A stretch of 64,000 nt of DNA from Octopus bimaculoides (taxonomy: Eukaryota), in the NCBI RefSeq assembly GCF_001194135.2, contig NC_069003.1, positions 18,865,148-18,929,147 on the forward strand, read 5' to 3'. This document shows, in pieces, positions 61,994 through 64,000 of this stretch; the stretch's first letter is position 1; each line of letters starts with the position of its first letter. The notes below the pieces were generated by a model. That model had not been told where the DNA came from. It saw nothing but the letters and a program-made list of their open reading frames with translations, and did no database searches. The position numbers and the translations under genes were made by a program.

Positions 61994-64000
61994 AATAATA
62001 ATAAAATTCTTTCTCTATTGGCCCCAAGGGCCGAACACAAAAACATATAAGGACAATACAAGACAAGGGACAAGTGGGCTTTATAACAGAAAACATGTAA
62101 TCAATAAAAACAAAATTCCCCAATAGGGGCGAGTTCCACCCAGTGCCAACCAGGCACCCCACACATCCTGATCACCCTGACTGCCAAAGGCACGCCAGCT
62201 AGGTACCCCTCTTCCCCTCAACTGCTTTGGCTTATAGACAAATATTCAGAGTAGGCCCCTTCACACAAGCCATTTTCATAACATCCACCCACCTTTTAAC
62301 AAATTTACTGGGAGGCAGTATTTCCTTCTTTATTTTCACTTTCCTTTTCGAGTGGAACTTGAAAAGGTCGATGAGGGCTTGGCTGAAGAGGAAAGTGTTT
62401 GTCTTCAGTCCTTTCAGTCTCGTCCATCATACTACATTTTTTGTTATAGCAACCAAGCAGAGGAAAGCTACCTTTCCCTCCTAGCCAAACGAAGGCAGTG
62501 ATGTGATCCTCACAATGGACTCAGCTGATAACCGGATCCATCCTACATGTGACAACACCTGTTCAACAAAGTTCCATAGTTCAGTAATGCACAGACACTG
62601 GATGAGTGCATACAGGACAGTTTCATTGCCCTGCGCACACCTCAGACATAACCACCTGACAGTGCTTCCATGTTTGTAGAGCCTGTCTCGACTCAGCAAA
62701 GCTCCTCAGCAGCACTGCTGGGCCAGGGATTTCTGGAAGTTATCCATAGGCCCTGGCCCGAAAGTCCTCTGGAAAAGATCAGTTAGTTGATCCCCTTCAA
62801 CACCCAGTGTTTCCCCAACTATGTCGTCACTCTTTCCCTCCACTAATCCCCTAAAAAACTCTATGGTGGAACTTCCACTAAACTCATTGCCTGGCTGGCA
62901 GAAAGCTGTGAGTGCTTGCTAATACTTCAGGTGCCAAGTGCCCTTTCTTTGTCTGCACTTGAACCAGGACTGTAGCTCTGTCAATGAGATGAGCTGCAGG
63001 AAGTCCCATTTGAGGGATGGTGACTACACCTGCTCACTGGTAAGGAAACACTGATGTCGCAGCCTCAGTGCATGTCTGCGCATCATTAACCACGGCATGT
63101 CCAGTCCTCTACTCAGCAGATGGACCAAGCAGAATACATCCCATCTAGAGAAAGCAGAAGAGCAAGCGCTCCAACTTTATCAGGCACGAAGTGGGGCAAG
63201 GGATGATGGTCAGGCGGTACTGATGTATGCATTTGCCATCTCCGCCCAACCCTACAGGGACAGCTTCCTCTCTGCCTATTTCTGGGTGAGATTGGCTACC
63301 CTGCTTGTCACCTTCCCCCCAAATCTTGTCCACCTGGAGGTCTGGACCAAATCAGACCCTGAGCAATTTAACCAGTCCTTCTGTCCAGTGCCCTACAACG
63401 CTGTTGGTTGCCATGGACCTGCCTTTCCAGGTGCTCAGCTGCAGGCCCACTGACTTCTCCTGGTTGATCTTTGCCCCTGTCACTGCTTTGTACTCCCTTA
63501 GAGCAGTACTGACCACCTCGATTTCCAAGGTGTCCGACACTGTTATAGTGACGTCATCTGCATAAGCCAATAAGAACCTTCCGCATCCTAGATCATGTGG
63601 CATGCCCCTCGAAGCATCCAGCTTCAACAGAACTGGCTCAAGAGCTAGTACATAAAGAAGAGGTGAGAGTGGGCATCCTTGACAGACTGAACAAGCAATG
63701 CTAAACGATTCCAATAGCTGGCCATTTATTTTGACCACTGAACAGATGTCACTGTGCATTGCAGCAATCCAGCCTCTGAAAATGCAACCAAAACCCACTG
63801 CTATTAAAACAGCCTCCAAGTATTGGTGGTCGACCCTATCAAAAGCTTTCGACTGGCCCAAATTGATCTGGGTCTCACCCATGCCAGGTTCCTTACCCAC
63901 CCTCTCTATGATGTAGTGTATGAGGTGGAGGTTGTCGTGGACAGTTCTGTATGGGATAGCGCATGTCTGTGTATCACCAACCAACTTATTAATGTCAGGC
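61994..64000 (-). mobile_element. L1/Tx1-clade LINE, decayed, running off the window end
   Basis: RT motifs KAFDRVDH, QGCPLSPLLY and YADD in ORF 63352-63984; C-terminal CLRCAQGNETVLYALIQC; 3' tail gccaatagagaaagaatttt(att)n. Confidence 0.9.

Overview
AT-rich, repeat-dense animal DNA from a gapped scaffold, with N-runs mostly flanked by (TA)n/(CA)n/(GA)n microsatellites. The SINE families and overall style suggest a coleoid cephalopod, probably Octopus (inference, not verified). The one firmly identifiable gene is the 5' part of an LRP1-like giant LDL-receptor-family gene on the + strand. It has four phase-compatible exons: LDLa/complement repeat (50884-51024), EGF (54857-54976), Ca-binding EGF (56457-56585) and the start of the first YWTD propeller (58483-58640). 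Three further phase-compatible candidate 5' exons (34539-34598, 36588-36731, 37766/72-37819) may supply the start and signal peptide. No exon for the first LDLa repeat is visible. Mobile elements include a full-length decayed mariner with perfect TIRs, RTE, Tx1/L1 and RLE-type LINE fragments, a non-autonomous Helitron, piggyBac-, Tc1- and hAT-like MITEs, and many tRNA-type SINEs. The most unusual items lie in the putative LRP1 intron: three tandem 7-8 nt AG...GT microexon-like units (40661-40828), four adjacent fold-back hairpins (39376-40260), a perfect 59-bp-arm palindrome (41996-42118) and a LINE-derived palindrome (52588-52818). No CRISPR, rRNA or tRNA genes are supported. Most ORF-track entries are microsatellite or gap artefacts.
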